Below, in pieces: positions 37,859-50,302 of a DNA stretch of 64,000 nucleotides (position 1 is the stretch's first letter; every line of letters begins with the position of its first letter). Position numbers and translations under genes: made by a program. The notes beneath the pieces were generated by a model. It was not told the DNA's origin, searched no databases, and saw only the letters and a program-made list of their open reading frames with translations. The stretch comes from Felis catus (taxonomy: Eukaryota). The stretch covers positions 113,586,001 through 113,650,000 of the forward strand of contig NC_058373.1 in the NCBI RefSeq assembly GCF_018350175.1, written 5' to 3'.

Positions 37859-38216
37859 TATAATTAGAAAATGCAAATGCTCTATTGCTAACACCGGGCT
37901 CAATCTAGCAAAACAATGGCCACTCAGAGCAGCTGGTGGCCTTCTGAAGACATAGGTTTAAAGTAAAAGAGGAAAGAAGGAAAGAACAGATGAAGATAAA
38001 AGAGAAAAGAAGTAGAAGGGCAAGAAAAGGGAAAAGAAGAAAGGAAACAGGCATATTGTTAAGGAATAAGTAAAATGGCATTTGTTGCTGATTTCTTTTT
38101 TTGATTATTCATTTATTTGACATGTATTTAATGAGAGTCAAAGAATCTGGCTTAGGATACCATGGTTAAGATGTTTTTCCTACTTTCTGAGAGTTATAGG
38201 TAAAGGGAGCTTAGAC

Positions 38217-38331
38217 TTTTTTTTTTTTTTTTTTTTTTTTAATGTAAGCTCTAAACCCAGTATGGGGCTTGAACTCCCAATACTGAAATCAAGAGTTGCA
38301 TGCTCTACTGACTGAACCAGCCAGGTGCCCC
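38217..38331 (-). mobile_element. Short CanSINE (SINEC_old-type)
   Basis: Short body. ~20-bp TSD tataggtaaaggga(g/a)ctta. Confidence 0.9.
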
Positions 38332-39506
38332 TATAGGTAAAGGGAACTTAAAATATCTGAATTTAAAATCTTGACCCCTTCTTTGTAGAGTATATGTTAA
38401 ATAACATGGAAATGAATATTTTTTAATTTTAGTTTTGTTTCTTTCATATCCTCAATGTCATTCTCCTATCAGAGTGAACCTTTCCTGGAAGTAAAAAAAA
38501 AAAAAAAGGTACCCTTAACGATGTATTTGAAAATTAGCTACTTAGGGGCTAGTAATTCAGGCATCTAGAGCATGCAGTTCATTACTCGTCTCTTATTAAT
38601 GGGATGGGGGTCCTTAAATGTGTTGAATGAATAGTAGGATCAGATGGGGACCTCAGTAATCTGTCTCCTGATTAGAGTTTACAAACTTCCTTGCCCTTTG
38701 TAGAATTCACGTTTCTGAGTTTGAACACTTTCCTGACAGCACCATACACCCTCCTCCCCTGGAGCACACCATTGTCACTGCCTGTTTATAGGGCATTCTG
38801 TGTTTCTCCATAATGGTGAATTGTTTTATGGTAGAGTCTGTGTCTAATTTAATTCATTTATGTAATCCCAGCATTTGGCAGGTGTGAGTGCTCAAAAATT
38901 TTTGGTTGAAAAAATGAATAAATCTTAGTTGTAGTGCACTTGGTGTAAGATAGGTTTATACTGGAATCCTTTCTGAGAGAGTTAATTTTTGGATATACCA
39001 GAAAGACTTTCCCTTAATGCTTTTCACACATAAAAGAGTGTGTGGACAATTACTTTGAAGTTTAAGATATAGTGCACTTTCAAAGATAACCAGAAGATAT
39101 ACCAGCCATAAGATAGGGATGTATGTAATACCAATTCTGTAAATACAACTCTTAAATTTTAATGTGAATTCTTTTGCTTTGCCTGGATAAATAGCCCAAT
39201 TTTAGTTCTCTATTTCAAAAATGATAGGGACTGATGACATCTATTATTTACTACTTCAGGCTCTAGGGCTTGCTGAGCACTTTATGTTATAATGAGTGTA
39301 GGAACTAAGTCAAGGTTGAGTAAAGGAATAAAAGATAGGAAGAGAGGGGAATTTCACTGCAGGTGAATTCTACATCAGAGGTTAGTGTCAGTAGATCATC
39401 TATTTGTTGAATGCCAGAGTTTTCATATTCAAGAATATGTATTAGAAAATAGATATACCATTATAGACCTCATAACGCTTGCTATATTAAAAAAGAACAA
39501 AAAGCC

Positions 39507-39710
39507 GGGGCGCCTGGGTGGCTGGGTAGGTTGGGTGACGGACTTTGGTTCAGGTCATGATCTCACAGTTTGTGAGTTCAAGCCCCGCATCGGGCTCTGT
39601 GCTGACAGCTCAGAGCCTGGAGCCTGCTTCGGATTCTACCTCTCTCCACCCCTCCCCTTCTCACTCTGTGTCTTTCTGTCTCTCAATAAACGTTAAAAAA
39701 ATTTTTTTTT
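39507..39710 (+). mobile_element. CanSINE (Fc2-like)
   Basis: ggggcgcctgggtggctg... TSD aaaagaacaaaaag. Confidence 0.94.
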
Positions 39711-40485
39711 AAAAGAACAAAAAGACTTCAAATAACAGAAATGTTTTTTAAATACCTTTTTTGAGGTATAATTCACATACCATACAATTCATCCTTTTAA
39801 GGTATGTAATTTAGTGTTTTTTTTAAAGCATATTCACAGATTTGTGCAACTCTACCACACCTTTTCATCACCCCAAAAAGAAACTTCATACCTAATCAGT
39901 CACTCTCCATTTCCACATCCTCCCAGTTCCTGGCAACTACTATTTTTTTCTTTTTTGTCTCTATGGATTTGCCTAGGCTGGAAATTTTGTTAAAATGCAG
40001 TCACACAATATGTGGCATTGATGACTGGCTTCTTTTCACTTGGCATAATGTTTTCAAAGTTTATTCATATTGTAGCATGTTATCAATACTTATCAGTACT
40101 TCATTCCTTTTCATTGCCAAGTAATCTGCCGTTGTATGGATATGCCTCATTCATCAGTTGATGGATATTTGGTTTGTTTATACTTTTTGGCTATTATGAA
40201 TAGTGCAGTTATGACCATGCATGTTCAAGTTTTTGTGCGTACAGATGTTTTCATTTCTCTTGATTATATACCTAGGAGTAGAATTGCTGAGTCATGTAGT
40301 AGCTCGGTGTTTAACATTTTGAGGAGCTGCCAAGCTGTTTTCCAAAGTGGGCTTACCATTTTCCAATCTCATCACAATGATTGAGAGTTCTAATTTTTCC
40401 ATGCCCTCGCCAACACTTGTCTTTTTAAATTTTTATTTTAATTATGACCATCATAGTAATAGGTATGAAGTGGTATCTCCTTGTG

Positions 40486-40706
40486 TTTTTTAAAAATGTT
40501 TATTTATTTTGAGAGAGAGCCTGTGCATATGCACTTGCGCAGGAGTGGGGTAGGGGCAGAGGGAGAGAGAGGGAGAGCGAGATTCCCAAGCAGGCTCGAT
40601 GCTCAGTGCAGAGTGCAAAGTGCGGCTCGATCCTATGACTATGAGGCCATGACTGAGTCTAAATCAAGAGACAGACACTTAACCAACGGAGCCACCCAGG
40701 CGCCCC
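40486..40706 (-). mobile_element. CanSINE (older subfamily)
   Basis: Body ending gagccacccaggcgcccc. TSD ctc(c/t)ttgtg. Confidence 0.9.
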
Positions 40707-40828
40707 TCTTTGTGGTTTTGACTTGTATTTCCCTAATGACTAAAGATGTTGACAGTCTTTTCATGTGCCCATTAACCTTCGTATATCTTCTTTGGAGAAA
40801 TGTCTATTGAAATCCTTTGTGCATTTTA

Positions 40829-41057
40829 TTTATTTATTTTTTATTTTTTTTAATGTTCTTTTATTTTTGAGACAGAGAGAGACAGAGCACAAGCAGGAAG
40901 GGGCAGAGAGAGAGGGAGACACAGAATCCGAAGCAGACTCCAAGCTCTTAAGGTATCAGCACAGAGCCTGAAGTGGGGGGGCTCAAACCCATGAACCATG
41001 AGATTATGACCTGAGCCAAAATTGAACGCTTAACTGACCGAGCCTCCCAGGCACCCC
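40829..41057 (-). mobile_element. CanSINE
   Basis: Typical body between target-site copies 1 and 2. Confidence 0.94.
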
Positions 41058-41081
41058 GTTTTTTTTCCTTTGCATATTTTA

Positions 41082-41290
41082 ATGTTTTTATTTCTTATTT
41101 TTGATGGAGAGAGAGAGACAGAGTATGAGTAGGGGAGGGGCAGAGAGAGAGGGAGACACAGAATCTGAAGCAGGCTCCAGGCTCTGAGCAGTCAGCACAG
41201 AGCCCAACGCAGGGCTTGAACTCACGAACCATGAGATTATGACCTGAGCCAAAGTCGGACGCTCAACCAACTGAGCCACCCCGGCGCCCC
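41082..41290 (-). mobile_element. CanSINE
   Basis: Typical body between target-site copies 2 and 3. Confidence 0.94.
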
Positions 41291-41706
41291 TCCTTTGCAC
41301 ATTTTAAATTGGATGGTTTGTCTTTTTATTATTGAATAGTTAAGGCTCATTCTATATTCTGACTCTAAGTCCCTTATCAGATATTTGATTTTCAAGTATT
41401 TTCTCCCATTCTGTCTTTTCATTTCTTGCTTCTTTGAAGCACAGATATATTTATATACATATAAATGCAGTATTTATAATATGATGAAATAAGGTGGTTT
41501 GGATTTATTGCATTGTGTGTGTTTGGTTGTATTAGGTAGCTTGTCATTAAGGGGATGAACAAGGATTCCAGCAGTTGTCTTTACTAATATTCAAAGCTGT
41601 TCCATCAATCAGTATGGAATACAATTATAGGAAGCCAAAAAAGAACAAGCTACTAAGAGCAAAATATAATGTCCTCTAGCATATATCACACCTGTTTCCT
41701 ACTGTC

Positions 41707-41926
41707 TTTTTTTTTTTTTAATGTTTAATGTTTATTTTTGAGAGAGAGAGAGAGAGACCGTGCAAGCAGGGGAGGGCAGAGAGAGAGTAAGACACAGAAT
41801 CTGAAACAGGCTCTAGGTTCTGAGCTGTCAGCACAGAGCCCAACATGGGGCTTGATCTCATGACCCGTGAGATAATGACCTGAGCTGAAGTCGGATGCTT
41901 AACTAACTGAGCCATTCAGGTGCCTC
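41707..41926 (-). mobile_element. CanSINE (Fc2-like)
   Basis: Typical body. TSD c(c/t)tactgtcttt. Confidence 0.95.
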
Positions 41927-41985
41927 CTTCTTACTGTCTTTATGTTATCCTAGTTACAAACCAGTATAGAAATGCTAGGGGTTGA

Positions 41986-42201
41986 GGGGCGCCTGGGTGG
42001 CTCAGTGGGTTGAGTGTCTGACTTCGGCTCAGGTCATGATCTCACAGTTTGTGGGTTCGAGCCCCGCCTTGGGCTCTATGCTGACAGCTCAGAGCCTGGA
42101 GCCTGCTTTGGATTCTGTGTCTCCTTCTCTCTCTGCCCCTCCCCCACTTGCACTCTGTGTCTCTCTCTCTCAAAAATAAATAAATATCAAAAAAAAAAAA
42201 A
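41986..42201 (+). mobile_element. CanSINE (Fc2-like)
   Basis: Typical body. Perfect 19-bp TSD agaaatgctaggggttgag. Confidence 0.96.
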
Positions 42202-44752
42202 AGAAATGCTAGGGGTTGAGATGGTGAGAACAGAATAGTTGTTTCCTTCTTTTGTGACTCAGGCAAGATATACTCTCAGAAATATAACCAAAAAAAAAAA
42301 AAAAAAAAAAAGGGCCAACTGGTTCCAGCGGGAATGATAGTAGTTCTACTTTTGTAGAAAGTCACCATCAAATAAATGCTAAATGCTCTCACAATTGATT
42401 GACATCATAGTGTTACAAGCTGTTGTTTTTCTTTGACTTGTATAGTGAGAGTAACCCTTTGGTTATAAAACTCATATTTAGATGGAGGCTGGCAGATAGG
42501 TGGAGAAAATGGAGTGTGTCTTTGTCTCAGTCTAAGTGGAGATGTTTCACCATTAGTAATTGAGCAGGTGAACTGCTTTGTTGAATGTGGAATGGCACAC
42601 TGAGATGATTTTTGCAGTCATTTGCCCATCTTTTTGACCAGTCTCTCCCAGTAGTCCATTTGAAAGTATTCTTAGTTCTCTTATCACATCTTTATCTTGA
42701 TACCAAAATGCAGTGGTAATAGTAAAGACATCTTAAAGTTGGCTGAGATAAATTAGGAAATGGTCATATCTGGTAAATGATAGGCACAGATGAGTGATTT
42801 TTTTTTCTTTTTTCCTTTTTCTTTTTTTTTGCATTAAGTGTTTGAAATAGAGCACTAAAAGCCTTGTGAGAAAGATGTTCATCTCCTCAAGGTTTTTCCC
42901 TGGAATGCTATCAAGATCAATACAGATTCCTGACTAAAATTTCTCAGCTGTATTTGTGAAAAGCTGTGGGTTTTGTAGACTGGCCTGTGCTGTAGTGTTT
43001 TAACATTTTTTTTAATTTTCATTTTTTACAATATAAGAACTAATTCTGGACTACAGATAGCTATGTGACAGTTCCCTAAACTTTGCTTCCTAAAGTATAA
43101 CCGTTAAACCTTTTGTGGTAACATTGCAGTTGTCTCTTAAGAAAGATCTTTTAGATTGAGGTCTTATGACTGCTTAAGTTCTTCAGGAACATCTCTCCTG
43201 ACTCCTCTCCACACCCAGAAAGATATTTTGGATAATCTTAATCTTAATCTTGTGCTTTGATCAGAATGAAGAGATGAGTCAGAGAAATTTTCGAATACTA
43301 ATACTTTTGGGGGAGGTCTCACAACATAATCTTGTATCTGAAGCCACATTGACTGTCGGTTTTGCTTCCAGGCTGAAGGACAAATTTGTGATCATGAGTA
43401 TATTGCATAATGGTGACATAATTGAGGGTGTAGGCTTATCCTTTAGAACACAGCCCCTGAGAGACTTGTGTTCAGTACATAATGTAAAGATATTTTAAGG
43501 TAGTTATGAAACTCTTTGCTGTCAAATAGCAGGGACATCTCTCTCATTTTGTATATAGTTTGCTATGTAGGTGATGCTGTCCTTAAGTAGAAAACAATTG
43601 ACGCCTCCATGTCTCATTGATATCTGTGGTTAAGTATAGCTCAAATACTACTAAGTTCAACTTTCATGTGGTAATGTTTTCTACCAGACTAAGAAGCGAG
43701 CACTCTATGACCCTTGAGGAAAACAGTCTCATTTGACAGTTTCAGTGCCATCTAAGATTTTATCTAGTGTGTGATGAGGTAATGAGTGACTGTTATGTTG
43801 ATTTGCAGTCTAGGGAGATAAACTTGGGCCCTGGGGCCCGGGGATAGGAGATCTATCATAGAAGAAAGGTAATGTTCAAAAGAGCAATATTTGATGTTGT
43901 TGGCCAGCTCTGATTGTGAAACATTTAAGACATTTGGGCTCTAATTTGAAAGATTAGTTGAAAAATAATTACTTGACATATTCTGTGCCTATTACTCTGC
44001 TAGGTACTGGGAAGTTAGAGCAAATAAGACATAATTCCTGATCTTAAGGTACTTACATGTAGGGGAAGATAGACATACAGGCAGATACTTTTTTCCATAC
44101 ATTGAGGTAAGGACTTTACTTTTTTATCTCTCCATTATGGAAGCATGCACAAAGGGGGATTACCAAATACATTTGAATATGCCATCAGCTGCAGTAAAAA
44201 CTATTTTTTAAAACTCGAGAATAAAATAAATGCACAATTCAGAATAGTGATGACAATTGGGAGAGAAGCAGGAAGATAGGATTCAGGAAGGGCCATGTGT
44301 AGCTTGATTGGGACTGGGAATATTCTAATTCATAAATTGGATGATGGGTTTATAGGTATATATTTTTATCATTATGCATCATAACCTACATAAGTATGTA
44401 TATTCTTTTGTATCTATCATTATTACCTAATTTTTAGAAAACAAGATATTTCAGTAAACATTTCCAAATCTTAGTTTATTATAAGCTTTTACTTAGGATA
44501 AGTTGAGGGAGAAAAATTAAACTCACTTAGTTAGCCAAACTCCTCCTCTGTCTGCCTAATCTATTCATCCATCCATCCATTTTATACTTTAATTTTTGAA
44601 ACACAATAAAAATAATGTCGAAGTCTTTTCACATGACCTGAATGTCCTGTTACCCTGCCCCCTAAAGTTCCATGTGCTCTGTTCAGAACCCAGTTTATAG
44701 GTCAAAAGCATTCTGTCTGGGCTGGCTAGCCAGACATTTAAGTATTCATTAC

Positions 44753-44756
44753 GTGT

Positions 44757-44802
<46 letters not shown>
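44753..44802. repeat. (TG)n microsatellite
   Basis: About 25 TG units with one interruption. Confidence 0.97.
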
Positions 44803-44804
<2 letters not shown>

Positions 44805-46519
44805 TTAATGATGTTTGTGCATGGCTTAGCTAGGGAATTTGAAATCTTTGTAGGGTTTTCTATTTGCTAGGTGGTTTTTGAATTGAGGGTCATCAGTAGA
44901 AAAAAAAAACAAAGAAAAATACGATTTCATCTTTCATCTATGTCCCATATTATACAAGTGTTCTCTGAAAATAGCACCAATTTTCTGGGAAAGGTCATGA
45001 CTAAGACTTTTCTCACCCTTTACCCCTACTCTCCAATTCATGTTTCCTTCTTATAACATGGTCATGTGCTCACCCAAGTCTGGCTTATGAACCGTGTAGA
45101 ATATTTGTGCAGTTTTGTTTTTTAAGTCCTACACTGTGCACATGATGCAGTATTTAATTTGGAATGAGCTCTGAGTTTAGTCACACGTGCTTCTTGTGGT
45201 GTTTATCTTGGAATCCACAAGTAGGAGGGAAGTATTTTTGCTTTTTATACATCTGGACATTGTTCGTGGTCCCCCTGTAACTTGGGAATTCTGTGTGGGG
45301 CAAAATCCAAAGAACAGTATTAAAAATAACATAGAGTTATAATGACATCTGAGTAAAAACCCTTGAGAATACTCTTCTCATCCCAGCAGAGTTTGATTTT
45401 GATGGTGAACTTTCTCAATTGTGTAGTTCACTGTTTGGCCCGAGTAGATCACTGGGATTATAAGGTTACCTAACACTCTCTCATGTAGGCTAATGGGCTG
45501 CCAGACTTTCTGAAAGTCTACAGCAGATTTGGCTTTTTGGGAGTAAGATTTTGCCTTGATTTTGCACGGGGTAAGATAAGTAGAATAAATTCTGCTTATT
45601 GCTGCTCTGCCTCGGCCAGTCTCCTGCTTCACAAGCAGCTTAAAAGAGATCTGTGAGGGTCTTTCCATCAGTCCCTGACTCTGCCTCATTCCATCTAACT
45701 TAGAGCTAAAAAGTTGGTCCTGAGAACACCTCAGGCACTGTGTCAGGACTGGGGCAAGGGTGGTGGAGGGTGTCTAGTAACCTTATCTTTCCCCTAATTA
45801 CATGGGAGAAGTTGTTATTTAGACAAGATTGGACATGGGCTAGCACAGCATCCTCTCCTTTTGGCTGGGGGTCTGCTAGGTTGGCAAATGGGGGAAGGGA
45901 CCTACAGAAGCCTTGCTGCTCTTTGAGGCAGTTTGCATATGGACAGTACTGCTTTTTGGCCCCAATCTAGTTTTCTTTCATTCCCACGTCTCATCTTTTA
46001 TGCAGCTGCAGAGAGCAGGCTGGGAAAGCAGAATGAAAGCTTCAAACAGATTTGCACTTGAATAAAAGAAAGAGTGATTTCTCTTGTTCAGAGTACAGAC
46101 CAGTTTGAGGAGAAAGCTATTTGCTTTTTCACTTTCTCCGTAAGGACTGTTTGCTTTTTTCCCTTCAAATGTAATGAAGAGGGGAAAAAGCTAATAAAGT
46201 GGTTGGAACCTGCTGGTTATAATTCATATAGAATTTTCAAATGTGCCTAATAAGGTTTCTCATACAATTATAAAAGAAGTAAATAATTGGAGGGCAAAGG
46301 TCAAAATTCTGTGGAGGTTTTAGAATCAGTTGAATATGAGGTGGTTTGAGTACTGGGATAAGGCAACTCAAGTAGGGGCTGTTTCTCTTTGCTGGTTTAT
46401 TTGGCCTTTCCTTTGGGAATTTTTTTTCTCTTTACTTTCGTAATGCATTTTGCAACTTTCGGTTAAAAAAATATCCATCAAAGTTTAAACTTTTAGCAAA
46501 TAAACACATCCTGATTTTA

Positions 46520-46870
46520 TGATGGGAATCACAACATAGCAGAGAATGGCTTGACTTCAGCTGGAGAGAGGTTAATAGTAGGAACTCCAAGGGTTGATAC
46601 CAAGATCATGCTTGTTTAATGTTTTAATGACTCCAAAAGGAAATGGTGAAATCTGCTGATGACACCAAATTGCTTTTGCTGATCCAAACAGGGATTTCTG
46701 GGAAGCTTCTTCAGAGTATTTGGAATAGTGGAAGAATTGGGCAATGTGGTGTCAGACACACCAAACTTGAAGTGAAGGTTTACATAAAGTAGCAGGAATA
46801 ACATCAATATATTGAAGTTACAAGCCTGCCAAGTCTTCCAAGAGGAAGACTGTGAAATCCCAGTAATGGG
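46520..46870 (+). mobile_element. Ancient CR1/L3 LINE reverse-transcriptase fragment
   Basis: Frameshifted translation gives NGLTS-WREVNS, LFNV..ND, KSADDTKL (46649-46672) and KNWAMWCQ in CR1 RT order. Confidence 0.72.
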
Positions 46871-46912
46871 CTTGGCTTTGATTCCTCCCATGAAAGGAAG
46901 ACTTAGGGCAAA

Positions 46913-46914
<2 letters not shown>

Positions 46915-46968
<54 letters not shown>

Positions 46969-47040
46969 GTATATGTGTATGTATGTATATGTATATGTAT
47001 ATATGTATATGTATACACACACACACACACACACACACAC
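46915..47040. repeat. Compound (AT)n-(ATATGT)n-(AC)n microsatellite
   Basis: Read directly from the sequence. Confidence 0.97.
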
Positions 47041-47519
47041 CTCTGTAGCAATAGTTGTAATTATAAAGTATAGTGATTTAAAAATATGGTGTTTGAGTTT
47101 CTTTTTCTTTTTTTTAATGCCAGCAGTAGTGCATCCAAATAAATGCTATTTCCCTTAAAATGGTCATGTAAGATTATATATCATTTTATTCATGCTTCTT
47201 CTTTTTTTTGGGGGGGGGGGATAGCTCCTAGAACATTCTTTTGACTATTTTCTATGGTAGCAGGTCTTCATTTTGTGGGTTATTTTTGATTTTTGATATA
47301 ACTAACTGCCATTTAGAATCAAGCATGATGAATAAGGTGAATGAGCAAACTAAGTACATTTTAAATGTAAATTAAATATAAAGTACTAGAACTAGTTTTC
47401 TTTTATTGCTTCTATGATTTCTGAATTAATGAAAAATTGCAAAAATATTTGTGTAATAGTAGTATTAGAATAAGCTTTTTTTTTAAAAAAAATCTTTAGG
47501 TGAACTGCTTTGCTTTCCC

Positions 47520-47995
47520 TCCCAGGTTTATTGAGGTATAGTTGACGAAATTGCATATATTTAAGATGTGGAATGTGATGATTTGGTATAGGTACACATT
47601 GTAAAATGATTACCACAGCCAAGTTAAGTAACACACACATCATGTCACATGGTTACTACTTTTGTGTGTGTCTTGAGAACATTCTAAATTTACTTTCAGT
47701 AAATTTCAAATATACAGTATAGTATTATTAGATATAGTTATCATGCTATACATTAGATCCTTAGAACTTATTCATCTTATAACCAAAGGCTTATACCTTT
47801 GACCAGCATTTCTCCATTTTTTCCACCCCAGCCCCTGCTAATTGCATTCTACTTTCTGTTTCTATGAGTTTGACTTTTTTAGATTCTGCATATAAGTGAG
47901 ATCATACTGTATTTGTATTTCTCTGTCTGGCTCATTTCACTTAATATAAAGTCCCCCAGGTTCATCCATGTTGTTGCAAATGGCAGGATTTCCTT
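47520..47995 (-). mobile_element. L1MA9-like 3' end
   Basis: tttattgaggtatagttgac...acattagatccttagaacttattcatcttat...ggttcatccatgttgttgcaaatggcaggatttcc. Confidence 0.88.
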
Positions 47996-48884
47996 TAGAA
48001 TAAATTTGGTTGATTTAATTCACAAACATCATTTCACTTACTATATCACTTATGTATAGCTTACATTTCATGTGTGTATCATCTATGTATAACTTGCATG
48101 TCATTTAGATATGTAAGTTATAGATACTTGTGAAAATACCCATTTCATTACATTATAGATATACCATGTTTATAAGTGACCTGAGATTTTTTTAATGCAT
48201 TGATATTTTCTCAGTAAAGCCTACATCTACGTAATGAAAAAGACCCTATGGGTTAATAAAGAAGATAGCCACTGTCACAAGCTGCGGGCTGACCACCTAG
48301 TATATCTATATCCATCCATTCATCCATCCTTCAAAAAAGCCATGAGTGACAGGCCCTTACCTTGAGATGCTTGGTTTTATTTGCTTGGTGATGTATACAT
48401 GTGAAACAAACAGCAGTTAATTGCACCAGTGTTAGTGGAGTAAGTCAATGATTTCAAACATTATCCGTGGAAATTTCATTTTGATTAAGTGAGGGTGGGA
48501 TAGGGATGCTGCTGAATCCTTGCCTTCTCTTCTCCTTCTCCACAAGAATCCCTGGTGTAACTTTTGAAAACCACTGGTACAGAGAATATGTTTTCTGGAG
48601 AGTCAGAAAAGATTTGGCATATGGAGTAGCTAGGGAGGCTAATTTCATTTCTTCTTTATTCTTCTGCAGTTATTAAAACAGAATTTAAAATTTCTGGTTA
48701 CCAATCCTTTGCTTCCCTATTTTAAAAGTCAGTATAGACACAAATCCCCCACATATTTAAATTTATGACAGTTTGCCTTCATAGTTCTCTGTGTTTAAAC
48801 TCTTAAAGTAAGAGAAAAGTCAGTAGAACTATAATTTAAGAGCAGATGGATAGCCCAAAAATAAAATATGTCTTAAAGCTCAAT

Positions 48885-49020
48885 AGTTCTAACTGCAGGG
48901 CTCCAGTGTGGCCTGTCAGAGTCACTGGGGGGAACTTGTTAAAAACAGCGCTTTCAAATTGTAGCTCAGACATATCAAATCAGAATCTCCATAATAGGGC
49001 CCAGGTATTTTAACAAGTTC
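48885..49020. mobile_element. MER5-type MITE fragment
   Basis: cagagtcactggggggaacttgttaaaaa...aaatcagaatctc...gggcccaggtattttaacaag. Confidence 0.65.
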
Positions 49021-49140
49021 TCTACATAAAATAATATCTCCTAAAAATAGATATATATGCAAAAAGCCTAAAGATAGAATAATGTTAGAATGTATTGAAG
49101 TAAAGCATGACGTAGTGTTTGTCCTATGTGGTTCTTCTCC

Positions 49141-49255
49141 TTTTTTTTTTAAAGATTTTATTTTTATGTAATCTCTATACGCACCGTAGGGCTTGAACTC
49201 ACAACCCTGAGATCAAGAGTTGCATGCTCTATCAACTGAGTCAGCCATGTGTCCC
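49141..49255 (-). mobile_element. Short CanSINE (SINEC_old-type)
   Basis: aaagattttattttt...accctgagatcaagagttgcatgctct. TSD tcctatg(tg/ca)gttc. Confidence 0.9.
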
Positions 49256-49319
49256 TATCCTATGCAGTTCCGATGACAGAGTTGATAATTATTTGAACCC
49301 ATTAATAGTAATAGAAAGC

Positions 49320-49580
49320 TTGGTATCATGGTTAAGAGATGGGTTCTGGAGCCAGAATGTCTAGATTCAAATCATATTTTGGTCGCTTACTAGCCATGTT
49401 ACCTTGGGTAAAATGTTTAATAATTTCTCTGTGCTTCAATTTCCTTACCTGTAAAATGGAGATAATACTAATGACATTCATCTCAATGGATTTTTGTGAG
49501 GATTGCATGAGATATTGAGTAAAAACCACTTAAAACACTATTTGGCACCCAGTAAGAGCTCAAAACTTTGCTATTATTAG
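49320..49580 (+). mobile_element. Near full-length MIR
   Basis: tggttaagagatgggttctggagccaga...tttccttacctgtaaaatggagataata...ttgtgaggattgcatgaga...gctattatta. Confidence 0.9.
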
Positions 49581-49898
49581 TATTTGTTTGTCTACTGTAT
49601 AGAAGTATTTTACTCCGTATTGTGATGTTTTTCTTATCAAAAGCAAAGGAAGGAAGAAGGAAGTGAAGTATCTAAGAAGGAAGTAAAAAGAAAGCAAGGA
49701 AAATGATTGCTGAGGCACTATAATGTATGTGTCTTAAGTATTTACATTTAAGTATATTGTATAAAAATATGTAACGGGAAAAAATTACACGCTCTTTTAT
49801 TTCCTTGGAATAGGACTTTAAGGTAATAGATTCTAAATTTGCTTCATTTTGTTTCTTCAGTACTCTGTTAAACCAACAAAGGTGATGTGATCCTAACA

Positions 49899-49917
49899 GA
49901 CACAGTAGATGGCGCTT
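49899..49917 (+). promoter_or_regulatory. Candidate CTCF motif
   Basis: GACACAGTAGATGGCGCTT fits the core (C/A)CAGTAGATGGCGC and keeps a CpG in CpG-poor DNA. Confidence 0.5.
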
Positions 49918-50267
49918 TAGACTTAATTTTTAAAGAAACAAGTACTAGAAAGAAAAAGAAAATATAAAGCACATTTTAATGGGCTTTTTTCCCCTTCACT
50001 ACCAAGACAATTTCATCTTAGAGTACGTGCCTCTAAGAAGTAAAGATTTTTTTTTTTGGACAGAGTTGGATGATAATTTTAGCAAAAATAAATCTCCCAG
50101 TTGCTATTTTGTGCCAGGTTTGTCACTTGGAAAGTATTAGTTTTGTTTTAAGCCACATATATATAAGGAAGTTATTTTCTTTCAAAACATTGCCTTATTT
50201 ATGAGGATTTTTTTTCCTTCTTTGTCTCTGTATTTAATATTTCTGCTCCTCATTGTATTTTTGGCCC

Positions 50268-50270
<3 letters not shown>

Positions 50271-50302
<32 letters not shown>
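50271..50302. repeat. (TTA)n microsatellite
   Basis: Read directly from the sequence. Confidence 0.95.

Larger units (their letters stand above)
39755..41445 (-). mobile_element. L1MB-like 3' region interrupted by three SINEs
   Basis: ttgaggtataattcacataccatacaattca 3' end, plus cattcatcagttgatggat, cctaggagtagaattgctg and ttctttggagaaatgtctatt. Confidence 0.85.

Noticed and set aside
42290..42311. Long poly(A) suggesting a processed pseudogene end (also poly(T) at 24288-24305)
   Set aside because: No convincing TSD, poly(A) signal or recognisable transcript upstream.
46616..47158. Overlapping ORFs rich in IY/HT/CV dipeptides
   Set aside because: Translation of a compound microsatellite.
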